The notes under the pieces were generated by a model that was not told the origin of the DNA, ran no database searches, and saw nothing but the letters and a program-made list of their open reading frames with translations. A DNA stretch of 64,000 nt from Chloroflexota bacterium (GTDB lineage: Bacteria > Chloroflexota > Dehalococcoidia > DSTF01 > JACRBR01). Within the stretch, counting starts at the first letter, position 1; each line of letters starts with the position of its first letter. Below, piece after piece: positions 42,170 through 51,816 of the stretch. A program made the position numbers and the translations under genes. The DNA is taken from NCBI GenBank assembly GCA_031400455.1, contig JANNPX010000025.1, positions 64,345 through 128,344 on the forward strand, given 5' to 3'.

Positions 42170-43393
42170 ATGACGCTACCACGGCCTGCGCCTCCCGCCC
42201 CGATCCGTATTCTCGTCCGTCCGCTGCAGGAGTTTCTCGCCACGGAAACCGCCGGCGGTGCGCTGCTGCTCGTCGCGGCGGCCGTTGCGCTGTTCTGGGT
42301 GAATGCGCCGTTCGGCGGGACGTACGGCGACTTCTGGGGCACGCGCGTAGCCATCGATCTCGGCATCGTCGATCTGGATGTGACGCTCGGTGCGTGGGTG
42401 AACGATGCGCTGATGGCGGTCTTCTTCTTCGTGGTCGGGCTGGAGATCAAGCGCGAAGTGCTGGTCGGCGAACTCGCGGCGCGGCGGCGTGCGGCGCTGC
42501 CCGTGTTCGCCGCGCTGGGCGGCATGATCGTGCCGGCGTTGGTCTTCCTCGCGTTCAACCTTGGCGGCGACGGCGAGCGCGGATGGGGCATACCCATGGC
42601 CACCGACATCGCGTTCGCCGTCGGTGTGCTGTCGCTCGCTGGATCGCGCGTGCCGACGTCGCTGAAGGTGTTCCTGCTCGCACTGGCGATCGTCGACGAT
42701 CTGGGTGCGATCGCCGTCATCGCTGTCTTCTACACCGACTCGATCGCGCCGGGTTGGTTGATCGCGGCCGCCGGGTTGTTCGTGTTGACGCTTGTGCTCG
42801 GTCGAATGGGCGCGCGCAACGTCTTCGTCTATCTCGGTGTTGGCGTTGTCGCCTGGCTGGCGGTACACGAGTCGGGTGTGCATGCGACGATCGCCGGCGT
42901 CGTGATGGGGCTGCTGATGCCGGTCGAGCATGGCGCTCGCGAGGAGCAGGGGGCGTCCGTACTCGACAGGCTCGAGCACCTGCTGCATCCATGGACGAGC
43001 TTGGTCGTCATCCCGATCTTCGCGCTGGCGAACGCTGGCATCGCCATCGATGGCGGCGTCGTGCGCGATGCCGCGTCGTCGCCCGTTTCGCTGGGTGCGG
43101 CGCTTGGGTTGATGCTCGGAAAGCCGATCGGCATCACGCTGTTCGCGCTACTCGCCGTCAAGCTGGGAATCGCCGCGCTCCCCGATGATGTGCGCTGGCC
43201 GCAACTCGCCGCGGTCAGCATGGTTGCCGGCATCGGCTTCACGGTGTCAATCTTCGTCACCGGGCTCGCCTTCACCGATGCCGCGCTCGTGAACGATGCC
43301 AAGATCGGCATCCTTGTCGGATCGGCGATCATCGGAGTGCTGGGGCTGTTGATGATCCGCTTCTTGCCCGCTGCCGGAGATCCGGTCGCCTGA
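42170..43393 (+). CDS. nhaA: Na+/H+ antiporter NhaA
   Basis: NhaA family TM pattern with conserved DD in LALAIVDDLGAI. Confidence 0.85.
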   Translation: MTLPRPAPPAPIRILVRPLQEFLATETAGGALLLVAAAVALFWVNAPFGGTYGDFWGTRVAIDLGIVDLDVTLGAWVNDALMAVFFFVVGLEIKREVLVGELAARRRAALPVFAALGGMIVPALVFLAFNLGGDGERGWGIPMATDIAFAVGVLSLAGSRVPTSLKVFLLALAIVDDLGAIAVIAVFYTDSIAPGWLIAAAGLFVLTLVLGRMGARNVFVYLGVGVVAWLAVHESGVHATIAGVVMGLLMPVEHGAREEQGASVLDRLEHLLHPWTSLVVIPIFALANAGIAIDGGVVRDAASSPVSLGAALGLMLGKPIGITLFALLAVKLGIAALPDDVRWPQLAAVSMVAGIGFTVSIFVTGLAFTDAALVNDAKIGILVGSAIIGVLGLLMIRFLPAAGDPVA

Positions 43394-43480
43394 GCCGCAT
43401 CAATCGCCTCTCCCCCGCTGGAAGCTGGCGCGCCGGTGGCGTAGGCTATGCCAAACGGGCACAACTCACGTGGAGGCGGC

Positions 43481-44593
43481 ATGGGCACTGCTATCGCGAT
43501 TCCGACGACGCTGGACGAACTCACAGCGCCGTGGCTTACCGACGCGCTCCGTTCGAGCGGCGTCATCGGCGCCGATACACGCGTGACGGCGGTCTCGCAG
43601 CAAACGCTCGGAGGGGGTGCGGGCTTCATCGGCCAACTCGCGCGCCTCACGCCGACGTACGACGGACCGGCCGATGGCGCTCCGAAGACGCTGATCGCGA
43701 AGATGCCGGCGCTCGATCCAGGCGCGCGCGAGGTCGCGGCGATGTACGGCCTGTACGAGCGCGAGTATCGCTTCTACCGTGAGTTGGCTGACCAGATCGC
43801 GTTCCGCACCGCGCGCTGCTACTACAGCGCCGGCGACGCCGAGAAGGCGCAGTACATCCTGCTGCTCGAGGACCTCGGCGCGACGGGCCGCGCTGGCGAT
43901 CAGGTGCAGGGTTGTACGGCGGACGAGGCGCACGTCGTGTTGCGCCATCTCGCGCTGCACCATGCGCAGTGGTGGGGCGCCGACCGGCTTGACCGCGTGC
44001 CCTGGCTCGATCTTGGCATCGACCTCGTTGCCGGCGCGATGCAGCAGGCGTACCCCCTGTCGTGGGAGCGCACACAGGAGCTGTTTGGCTCTCTCATGCC
44101 TGCGGAGATAATCGACGTTCTTCCGGGCCTCGGCGAGCGGCTCGTGACGCTGATGGAACCGTTCCGCGGCGCGTCGTTCGAGACGATGTCGCACGGCGAC
44201 TTCCGGCTCGACAACATGTTCTTCGGCAACCCTGGCAGCGACTACGAACTGGCGGTGCTCGACTGGCAGAGCCCGAGCCGCAGTTGGGGCGCGTACGACA
44301 TCTCGTACTTCCTCTACGGCAACGTCGACACCGCGACCCGCCGCGCGCACGAGATGGACTGGCTGCGCGAGTACCACAATACGCTCGTCGCGAACGGCGT
44401 CACGGGCTACGGGTTCGACGACCTCATGCGCGACTATCGCTCGTCGCTGCTCGTGAGCCTCGGCATCTTCGTCGTCAACGGCGCAACGCTCGACCCGGCG
44501 AACGAGCGCGGCAAGGCGCTGTTCGATCTGTTCTTCGACCGCCTCAGCGCGGCGATCATGGATCTCGACGCGCTGGCGCTGCTGCCGGCGTAG
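43481..44593 (+). CDS. phosphotransferase family protein (APH/CHK/EcKinase-like)
   Basis: Brenner motif HGDFRLDNMFF; GGAGG RBS; pairs with the downstream acyl-CoA dehydrogenase. Confidence 0.75.
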   Translation: MGTAIAIPTTLDELTAPWLTDALRSSGVIGADTRVTAVSQQTLGGGAGFIGQLARLTPTYDGPADGAPKTLIAKMPALDPGAREVAAMYGLYEREYRFYRELADQIAFRTARCYYSAGDAEKAQYILLLEDLGATGRAGDQVQGCTADEAHVVLRHLALHHAQWWGADRLDRVPWLDLGIDLVAGAMQQAYPLSWERTQELFGSLMPAEIIDVLPGLGERLVTLMEPFRGASFETMSHGDFRLDNMFFGNPGSDYELAVLDWQSPSRSWGAYDISYFLYGNVDTATRRAHEMDWLREYHNTLVANGVTGYGFDDLMRDYRSSLLVSLGIFVVNGATLDPANERGKALFDLFFDRLSAAIMDLDALALLPA

Positions 44594-44775
44594 TGGCGCC
44601 CTCACCCGTCGCCTTCGGCGCCACCCTCTCCACCAAGGGGAGAAGGACCGGGGATCGGCTACAGCGACAGCGACGGGATTTTCGATCACACGGCGATCGG
44701 CCGCCCGTAAAGGCGCAACCTGTTGCGCCCTCGTTCGTGCGCGTCGATCGTTCTACTCCCGCCCCATCCTTCTCA

Positions 44776-44840
44776 TCTGAGGGAGAGGAACGACCGCCAC
44801 GAGAACATCGCCCATCCCTCTCCCCCTGAGGGAGAGGGAC
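44776..44840. repeat. CTGAGGGAGAGG direct repeats and CCCTCTCCC/GGGAGAGGG hairpin
   Basis: Two copies of CTGAGGGAGAGG. The second forms a 10-bp perfect stem TCCCTCTCCC-cctga-GGGAGAGGGA. Confidence 0.7.
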
Positions 44841-44908
44841 AGCGGAGCCGTCAGGCGACGCAGGGTGAGGGCCCGCCCCAAGACCATAAGCCCACGCGCG
44901 GATACACT

Positions 44909-44943
44909 CGACTACCCACTACGAACTACCAACTACGAACTAG
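44909..44943. repeat. STRR-like heptamer array, reverse orientation (CTACRAA-type x5)
   Basis: CGACTAC CCACTAC GAACTAC CAACTAC GAACTAG, then GGAGCCCCCC-ATG of the ACAD gene. Confidence 0.8.
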
Positions 44944-44954
44944 CGGAGCCCCCC

Positions 44955-46151
44955 ATGACCGACTTCAACCTCACTCCCGAAATCAAGGCGCAGCGGGCGA
45001 AGGCGAAGGCCTTCCTCGACGAGCACATCATCCCGAACGAGCACATCCTCGATCAGCACGACGACGAGTCGGCGGTGCTGATGAAGGACCTGCAGTCGCG
45101 TGTGAAGGCGATGGGGATGTGGGCGACGTTCATCGGGCCCGAAGCGGGCGGCACCGGCACCGGCTTCCTGCCGCATGCGTACATCAACGAGATCCTCGGC
45201 CGCAGCCCGTACGCGCCGCGTGCGTTCGGTTCGGCGGCGCCGGATACGGGCAACGCGGAGATTTTGCACCAGTTCGGATCGCCGGACCTCAAAGAGCGCT
45301 TCATGAAGCCTCTCGTTGCCGGCGAGATCCGGTCGTGCTTTTCGATGACGGAACCCGAGGTGTCGGGCGCCGACCCGACGGGGCTGCGGACGCGCGCGGT
45401 GCGCGACGGCGACGAGTGGGTGATCAACGGGCACAAGTGGTTCACCAGCGGCGCCATCGGGGCGTCGTTCGCCATCGTCATGTGCGTCAGCGATCCGGAT
45501 GCGGAGCCGCACCGCCGCATGAGCCAGATCGTTGTGCCGACGGACACGCCCGGCTTCAACATCATCCGCCCCGTGCCGGTGATGGGCGAGACGGACGGCG
45601 CGCACTGCGAGATCATCTACGACAATGTGCGCGTGCCGGTGACGAACGTGCTGGGCGAGCCGGGCGACGGCTTCCGCATCGCGCAGCGGCGGCTGGGGCC
45701 GGGGCGCATCCACCACTGCATGCGCTGGCTCGGCCAGATGCAGCGCGCGTTCGAGATCATGTGCAACTACGCGCTCACCCGTCAGGTCGGCGGCGCGCCG
45801 TTGGCCGACAAGCAGACGATCCAGAACTGGATCGCCGACTCCGCCGCCGAGATCCAGGCGTGCCGGCTGCTGACGATGCACGCCGCGCACAAGATCGACC
45901 AGGGCGACGAGGCGCGCGTCGAGATCTCGATCATCAAGTTCTTCGGCGCGAAGGTGCTGCACGACGTCATCGACCGCGCGATCCAGGTGCACGGCGCGCG
46001 CGGCGTCAGTGGCGATACGCCGCTGGAGAGCATGTACCGCAACGCCCGCGCCGCCCGCATCTACGACGGCCCCGACGAAGTCCACCGCATGGTAGTCGCG
46101 CGGCGCGTGCTGCGCGCCTTCAAGGACGGCGCCGCCTGGGAGTTTGAGTAA
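44955..46151 (+). CDS. acyl-CoA dehydrogenase family protein
   Basis: ACAD family; start trimmed to the ATG (MTDFNLTPEIK), since the track ORF translates the repeat array. Confidence 0.85.
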   Translation: MTDFNLTPEIKAQRAKAKAFLDEHIIPNEHILDQHDDESAVLMKDLQSRVKAMGMWATFIGPEAGGTGTGFLPHAYINEILGRSPYAPRAFGSAAPDTGNAEILHQFGSPDLKERFMKPLVAGEIRSCFSMTEPEVSGADPTGLRTRAVRDGDEWVINGHKWFTSGAIGASFAIVMCVSDPDAEPHRRMSQIVVPTDTPGFNIIRPVPVMGETDGAHCEIIYDNVRVPVTNVLGEPGDGFRIAQRRLGPGRIHHCMRWLGQMQRAFEIMCNYALTRQVGGAPLADKQTIQNWIADSAAEIQACRLLTMHAAHKIDQGDEARVEISIIKFFGAKVLHDVIDRAIQVHGARGVSGDTPLESMYRNARAARIYDGPDEVHRMVVARRVLRAFKDGAAWEFE

Positions 46152-46163
46152 GGAGACCGCTGC

Positions 46164-47150
46164 ATGCCGGAAGTCGGAAAACTCGAAAAAGTTCCGCTTC
46201 GCGCGATCTGGAAGGATGAAGCCCGAGACTTCACGCCGTGGCTTGCCGAGAACATCGAGGTTCTAGGTCAAGCCCTCGACCTTTCGCTTAGAGTTGTCCA
46301 GAAGGAGAAGACTGTGGGAACCTTCTCGCTCGACATTCTCGCGGAGGACGAGAATGGTGAATTCGTCATAGTCGAGAACCAGATCGAGAAGACCGACCAC
46401 GATCACCTCGGCAAGGCCGTCACGTACCTCACCAACCTCGGCGCGAAGACCGCCGTTTGGTTGACCTCCGATCCACGCCCGGAGCACATTCGCGCGATGG
46501 CGTGGCTAAACGAAGCTTCGCCACCAGACATCGCCTTCTACTTGGTGAAGGTAGAGGCCTATCGAATCGGCGACTCTCTCCCGGCTCCGGTGTTCACGAA
46601 GATCGTCGAGCCTAGCGTCGAAGCAAAGGAAGTCGGCCAACAAAAGGAAGAGTTAGCACAACGGCATGTGGATCGGCTCGAATTCTGGTCGGAGCTGTTG
46701 GCCACCGCGAAGACCCGCTCGGCCCTCCACGCGAATGTTTCGCCGAGGAAGGACAATTGGGTCGGTACCACAGGTGGCCTTCCTGGCGTAGCCTTCAACT
46801 TCGTCATTCTGATGGATGACAGCCGCGTCGAGATGTATGTCGATCGCGGGCCTGGATGGAGGAACTGGAATAAGGGGCTCTTTGACCTTCTTTTTGATCA
46901 GCGAAGCGCTATCGAGGCGAGTTACGGCGGTCCCATTCTGTGGGAGCGTCTCGATGACGGACGTGCGTGCCGAATTTCGGTTACCTTAGGAAGTGGAGGT
47001 CTCCGCAATCGCGCAAACTGGTCAGCTATTCAGGATCGGATGGTTGATGCCATGATTCGGTTGCATTTGGCGCTGGAGTCTCGCACGCAAGAAGCCACGG
47101 TTAAAGCACAGCTTGCGGGGCGAGATCCAATGGATGCGAGCGCCGACTAG
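46164..47150 (+). CDS. PD-(D/E)xK nuclease-like N-domain + DUF4268-like C-domain protein
   Basis: LDILAEDENGEFVIVENQIEKTDHDHLGK (D...E.Q/K core). C-terminal FW...LWERL pattern. GC visibly lower (~55%) than the flanks. Confidence 0.5.
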   Translation: MPEVGKLEKVPLRAIWKDEARDFTPWLAENIEVLGQALDLSLRVVQKEKTVGTFSLDILAEDENGEFVIVENQIEKTDHDHLGKAVTYLTNLGAKTAVWLTSDPRPEHIRAMAWLNEASPPDIAFYLVKVEAYRIGDSLPAPVFTKIVEPSVEAKEVGQQKEELAQRHVDRLEFWSELLATAKTRSALHANVSPRKDNWVGTTGGLPGVAFNFVILMDDSRVEMYVDRGPGWRNWNKGLFDLLFDQRSAIEASYGGPILWERLDDGRACRISVTLGSGGLRNRANWSAIQDRMVDAMIRLHLALESRTQEATVKAQLAGRDPMDASAD

Positions 47151-47154
47151 GACC

Positions 47155-47709
47155 TCATACCGGCTGCAGCCGCTCCGCGGCCGCCGCGCCTGACGGCGCC
47201 TTGACGCGGATGGCGTCGCCGGGGCGGACGGTGCCGCCTTCGAGCACGATTGCCATGATGCCGGCTTTGCGGGTGATGCTGCCGTCGTCGGCTTTCATCG
47301 CCACTTGCTGGAGCAGTCGCTCGTCGACGCCATTGAGCTGCGCGCAGGGGTTGCGGACGCCCGTCACTTCGATGATGGCGCTGTCGCCGAGATAGAGCTT
47401 CGTGCCGGGCGCGAGATCGAGGATCGCGAGGCCGCGCGTCGTGATGTTCTCGCCCATCGCGCCGGGCGTGACCGTGATGCCGATGGCGGCCATCTCGTCG
47501 AACAGCTCGGAGTGCATCAGGTGCACCTGGCGGATGTTCGGCAGGTCGGGCGTCGCCGCCGCGCGGCTGCGGTGCCGCACCTTCGCTCCGGCGTGGTAGT
47601 CGCCCTCGACGCCGTGGCCGGCGATGAGCATCACGCTCTCGCGCGGGATCTTGCCGACGCCCGGCGTCTCTTTACTGTTGACGGAGATGATGGTGGGTGT
47701 GGACTTCAC
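47155..47709 (-). CDS. MOSC domain-containing protein
   Basis: GHGVEGDYHAG and a beta-barrel MOSC pattern; start either the GTG at 47709 or an internal ATG. Confidence 0.75.
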   Translation of the reverse strand: MKSTPTIISVNSKETPGVGKIPRESVMLIAGHGVEGDYHAGAKVRHRSRAAATPDLPNIRQVHLMHSELFDEMAAIGITVTPGAMGENITTRGLAILDLAPGTKLYLGDSAIIEVTGVRNPCAQLNGVDERLLQQVAMKADDGSITRKAGIMAIVLEGGTVRPGDAIRVKAPSGAAAAERLQPV

Positions 47710-47760
47710 AGTTTGCGGTTCACAGTTTGCAGTTCGTGGTGGGTGGTTGGTAGTTCGTAG
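47705..47760. repeat. STRR-like heptamer array (x8)
   Basis: TTCACAG TTTGCGG TTCACAG TTTGCAG TTCGTGG TGGGTGG TTGGTAG TTCGTAG abutting the MOSC start. Confidence 0.8.
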
Positions 47761-47786
47761 CTTAGCAGGCGGCTCGTGGAGAGGAC

Positions 47787-47847
47787 GTAGGGACGCACCT
47801 TCAGGTCCGTCCCGAACCGCCGGACGGAGCTAAAGCTGCGTCCCTAC
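47787..47847. other. nested hairpin structure
   Basis: GTAGGGACGCA ... TGCGTCCCTAC (11-bp perfect) enclosing GTCCGTCC...GGACGGAG. Confidence 0.5.
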
Positions 47848-47968
47848 GGTCTGCGTTTCGTACGTCTTGCGCGGATACGAGAACGCCGCCAGGAGCCCGC
47901 GCTACGCACGGAGATGGAGCCTGCATGGAGACGATGCTTCCGCTTCGCTCTGCATGACAGGCGGCGTG

Positions 47969-48880
47969 TCACCCCTCGTCGCGGGTCGACGGCACATCTG
48001 GTGATTCGGCGGGCGGGGCGGCCTTCAGGAAGTCGGGCGGCGTTGCGCGCTTGCCTTCGGTCGCTACGGACGAGCCGATCTCTTCGATGATGCGGAAGTC
48101 GTCGTCGGCCAGCGGGGCAAGTTCGCCGCGGCGGTGGGCGTCGAACAGCTCGAAGAGGTGCTTCTTGTGTGGGCGCTTCTTGCCGATTGGGCACGCGGCC
48201 CAGTCCTCGAGCGACTCGTCGCAGTAGCCCCAGCGCTTGTCGCCGCACTTCGGCTGGATGTACTTCGCCAGCTCCGGGAACTTGCGGTTGATCTCGCCGC
48301 GCATCTGCGACGCGGTCTGGCGGAACTCCCACTGCGCGCGCGTGCAGAGCCGCAGGTCGCAGATGTGCAGCAGTTCGAGGAAGTTCACGACGATCTTGAA
48401 GTTCGTGTTGGCGGCGTTCGGGATCAGGAACCGCGCGTCCTCGGCGGGCACCCCGGCGTCGAGCATCTCCTGGTAGAGGTCGCCGAGCTTGCCGAACGCG
48501 TCTTCCATCTTGTCCGCCATGCCCGCGCGCTTCACCGTTTCCGGGATGGTGTACGGGAATTCGCCCTTCTTGAAGGCGACGTAGCGCTGGCTCTGCTGCT
48601 CGAAGCTGATGCCAATGTGGTGGCGGACGAACTGGTGACTGAATGCGCGGCTGACGCCGGAGATCGCGAACTCGAACCACACCTGCTCGAGCGGTGAGGC
48701 GTGCCCGGTCTCAAGCCGCTTCTCGATGAACTCTTCCATCTGCGCCCGCGTGATCTTCTCCGACGTGATCTGATCGACGATCTTCTGCGGCGTCAGCGCC
48801 GAATATGCGGTGCGATACGCGACGTACAGCGAGCGCGCCGGGTCGGTAGTGTGGTCAAGCAGCCGGACGTTGATGGGCAT
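47969..48880 (-). CDS. thyX: FAD-dependent thymidylate synthase ThyX (extended form)
   Basis: ThyX signature RHHIGISFEQQSQRY (RHR-x7-S variant) with N- and C-terminal extensions. Confidence 0.8.
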   Translation of the reverse strand: MPINVRLLDHTTDPARSLYVAYRTAYSALTPQKIVDQITSEKITRAQMEEFIEKRLETGHASPLEQVWFEFAISGVSRAFSHQFVRHHIGISFEQQSQRYVAFKKGEFPYTIPETVKRAGMADKMEDAFGKLGDLYQEMLDAGVPAEDARFLIPNAANTNFKIVVNFLELLHICDLRLCTRAQWEFRQTASQMRGEINRKFPELAKYIQPKCGDKRWGYCDESLEDWAACPIGKKRPHKKHLFELFDAHRRGELAPLADDDFRIIEEIGSSVATEGKRATPPDFLKAAPPAESPDVPSTRDEG

Positions 48881-48888
48881 GGGGGGAG

Positions 48889-48923
48889 TTTACAGTTTGT
48901 AGTTTGTAGTTCACAGTTGGACG
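48889..48923. repeat. STRR-like heptamer array (x5)
   Basis: TTTACAG TTTGTAG TTTGTAG TTCACAG TTGGACG. On the gene strand it reads ...AACTCCCCCC-ATG(thyX). Confidence 0.8.
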
Positions 48924-49015
48924 GCGGTCAGCGTGTCAGCCAATCAGGCCGTCAGCGCGTGAGCAGCAGCGCCTCCCGGCGAAGCAGTGCTAGGCGACGT
49001 AACGGAGGACCCGGG

Positions 49016-49108
49016 CTGAAAGCCCGCGCTACCGAAGAAGGTGGCTACTGAAAGCCCGCGCCCACAGAAGATGCTACGGCTGAGAGGCTGACTAGCTGAC
49101 CCGCTACG
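49016..49108. repeat. direct repeats CTGAAAGCCCGCGC (x2) and octamer array NNGCTGAC
   Basis: 49016-29 and 49048-61 are identical. AGGCTGAC TAGCTGAC CCGCTACG overlaps the peptidase stop. Confidence 0.75.
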
Positions 49109-49841
49109 ACATCGAGTAGAACGCGCTGCCCTGGATTAACAGCACGACCAGCGCAGCACCTGCGATGAATGGCGCGTACGGGATCGGATCTCCCTTGCCC
49201 CGCAGCCTGGTGATGAGCAGGATGGCTGCCGCGAGGCCGCCGGACATCGCCATAATGAGCATCGCCGGCACGACGAACGTCAGCCCAAGCGCGAATCCGA
49301 CGAAGAACGCCAGCTTCACGTCACCCATCCCCATCGCACCGCCCGTGAGCAGCGATGGGATGAACAGCATGCCGCCGAAGACGAGGCCCCCGGCGACGAC
49401 GTCGAGTCGGTTCGCACCCGGCACGACCATACCGAGGATGAGTGCGCCGAGGATCGCCGGATACGTCACGGCGTTCGGTACGCGGTAGGCGAGCAGATCC
49501 GTCGCGGTGCAGATGATCAGCACGGACGCGTAGAACGCGACGATCGCCAGATGCCAGTCCTCGCCAACGTACTGGCGACCGAGGAGGGCGAAGATGCCGG
49601 CCGTCGCGGCGACGACGAAGATGCGTCGCAGCGGCGCTCCCGTCGTCAGCAGGCGAGGCATCTCGATGGCACCGGTCTCGCTCGCGAGTTCGAGCTGGCC
49701 GCCCGGGCCCCGGCGCTTCGGCTGCGGCATGTCCTCAGCATCGTCGCCGCGTTCGTACGGCTCCCGCGCCAGGCGCGCGATCAGCGCGTCGAGCACGAAG
49801 CCGACGATCACGCCGAACATGGCCATGATGATGATGGTCAA
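49104..49841 (-). CDS. A24-family prepilin (type IV leader) peptidase
   Basis: Polytopic; catalytic Asp motif MGMGDVKL; no pilin genes nearby. Confidence 0.75.
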   Translation of the reverse strand: MTIIIMAMFGVIVGFVLDALIARLAREPYERGDDAEDMPQPKRRGPGGQLELASETGAIEMPRLLTTGAPLRRIFVVAATAGIFALLGRQYVGEDWHLAIVAFYASVLIICTATDLLAYRVPNAVTYPAILGALILGMVVPGANRLDVVAGGLVFGGMLFIPSLLTGGAMGMGDVKLAFFVGFALGLTFVVPAMLIMAMSGGLAAAILLITRLRGKGDPIPYAPFIAGAALVVLLIQGSAFYSMS

Positions 49842-49922
49842 GAACGCTCCTCAGTGAGAATGATCGGCAGCAGGATAGCAATTCTGCGTAGGGAGTTTAC
49901 GTAATGCGAGCAGCGACGCAGG

Positions 49923-51785
49923 TCATCGCGGGCGCCACGCTGGGTGCGTCGTATCGAGCCAGACGTCCGCGCGCGCGTCGTCGTGTCCATACCAGATGGG
50001 GAGCGTCGCGTTGCGGATGTAGCCCCATCGCAGGCGCCGCTGCACGGGCGCGCAGAACTCGAGACGTGCGTTCACCTTCGCCATCAGGTAGTCCTGCACA
50101 TCCAGCCCGATCCGGCGACGTGCTTCCGGGTCGAACTCCGCCCGCGACCGGTCGAGCAGCGCGTCCACCTGCCCGTCCTGCAGTCGGTACGAGTTCATCG
50201 GCTGGCCGCTGCGGAATTGCGGGTACAGCCAATCATCCAGATCCACGCCGCCGTCTTCCATCGCGAAGGTGAACGGCGCCACACCCTCGGTGGCGCCCTC
50301 GACATTGCGCAGTAGCGCCGACGCGATCAGCGCCTGCCCGGTAGGGTCCGTTTCCGGCACGACGTTCGCGCCCAGCACGCTGGAAAGTTGGCGGCTGATG
50401 GCGCCGATCGCGCGCTCAGGAAGCGCTTTGGGCTGGCCCGCGAAGGTAATGCGCAGTTCGGTGACGGCCCCGCCAGTCGCCGCGTCCCAGAGCTGCTTCG
50501 CCGCACGGATGTCGTCAGCGCGGCCGGAGCTGTCCGATCGGTAGCCGCCGCGATGCGCGAGATCGGCGCCCGCCACGGCGAATCGGCGCATCACGGGCGC
50601 GATCGGCCCGGTGAGTTCGGCGGAGGGGCGACCATCCATCGCCGGGTAGAGCACCTGGATCAACTCCGCCCGATCGATCGCAAGATGGATCGCCCGCCGG
50701 ACGCGGTCGTCGTTGAAGGGACGGCGGTCCAGCAGGAAGCGGCTGGCAAGGATGCCGCCGGCGCCCGTTTCGTCAAGTGTGACGTCTTCAAGATTCGTCT
50801 TGCGTTCCGCGTCGAGCGTCGCCGCATCGACGAACTCTGTCGCATCGACGGCACGCTGCTGGAACGCGGCGCGCTGGAACGCATCCTCCTGCGGCGAGAA
50901 GAACGCGTCGTATCCATCGAGAAACGGACGTCCGGTACCGATGCCGTGCGGGTTATCGTTCCGCGCGAACCACGACGGGTTGCGTCGCAGTCTGACGGCT
51001 ATCTCCGGCTCGAACGTGTCGAGAATGAACGGCCCGGTGCCGATCATCGCGGCGTCCGCGGCGAGCCGGTCGCTGCCGTCGGCGACGTCCGCCGGGATGA
51101 TGAAGGCGTGTCGTCCCGCCAGGAAGTTCAGGAACGGCGCGACAGGCGACGTCGTTGTGATGACGGCCGTGCTCGCGTCACGCACTTCGATCTTGTCGAT
51201 GACGTTCCAGTTGCTCTGCCGGAAGAAGAGGCGCCCCTGCTCGCTGTTCTTGTTGAGCTGCCGCTCGATGCTGTACTTCACGTCGTCAGCCGTCAGCGCG
51301 CGCCCCGCGGCTCGCGGGTAGGCTGTCCGGTACTTCGGCGTGTCGTGGAACGTCACGCCTTCGCGGAGGCGGATAATGTACGTGGTTTGATCCGGTTGCT
51401 CCGGCATCGCGGCTGCCAGCTCCGGTGCGAGCGCACCCGCGCGCTCATCCTCGTAACGCAGCAGCTTGCTGAACACGGCGGAGTGCATGTTCGCGACCGG
51501 CCCCATCTGCGTGAGGTGCGGGTCGAGGGAGTCGTACACACTGGCATCGAAGTTGTAGACACGCAGCGTGCCGCCTCGTGTGCCAACGGGCGCTGACGAC
51601 GGCGTCGCCGTTTCCGCCAGCACGTCGCTCTGCTTGCGCGCTCCGCCGCCCCGTTTGTAGCCGAAGACCGCGACGCCTGCCGCGGTCGCGGAGATGGCAG
51701 CCCCCGCCGCAAGGAAGCTTCGGCGGTTGATGCGGCGAAGGTGGGCGTGCTGTCGCTGAGATGGGGGGCGGGAGGGCAGCGTCAT
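49923..51785 (-). CDS. ABC transporter substrate-binding protein, family 5 (peptide/nickel type), Tat-secreted
   Basis: Twin-arginine RRSFLAAGAA; SBP_bac_5-like length of 620 aa. Confidence 0.8.
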   Translation of the reverse strand: MTLPSRPPSQRQHAHLRRINRRSFLAAGAAISATAAGVAVFGYKRGGGARKQSDVLAETATPSSAPVGTRGGTLRVYNFDASVYDSLDPHLTQMGPVANMHSAVFSKLLRYEDERAGALAPELAAAMPEQPDQTTYIIRLREGVTFHDTPKYRTAYPRAAGRALTADDVKYSIERQLNKNSEQGRLFFRQSNWNVIDKIEVRDASTAVITTTSPVAPFLNFLAGRHAFIIPADVADGSDRLAADAAMIGTGPFILDTFEPEIAVRLRRNPSWFARNDNPHGIGTGRPFLDGYDAFFSPQEDAFQRAAFQQRAVDATEFVDAATLDAERKTNLEDVTLDETGAGGILASRFLLDRRPFNDDRVRRAIHLAIDRAELIQVLYPAMDGRPSAELTGPIAPVMRRFAVAGADLAHRGGYRSDSSGRADDIRAAKQLWDAATGGAVTELRITFAGQPKALPERAIGAISRQLSSVLGANVVPETDPTGQALIASALLRNVEGATEGVAPFTFAMEDGGVDLDDWLYPQFRSGQPMNSYRLQDGQVDALLDRSRAEFDPEARRRIGLDVQDYLMAKVNARLEFCAPVQRRLRWGYIRNATLPIWYGHDDARADVWLDTTHPAWRPR

Positions 51786-51816
51786 CGGCGGTGGTCGGCT
51801 CGGTCAGACGGGAAGG

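Noticed and set aside
47844-48680. 278-aa minus-strand ORF overlapping thyX in another frame
   Set aside because: Arg/Pro/Gly-rich junk translation. The thyX frame carries the ThyX signature.
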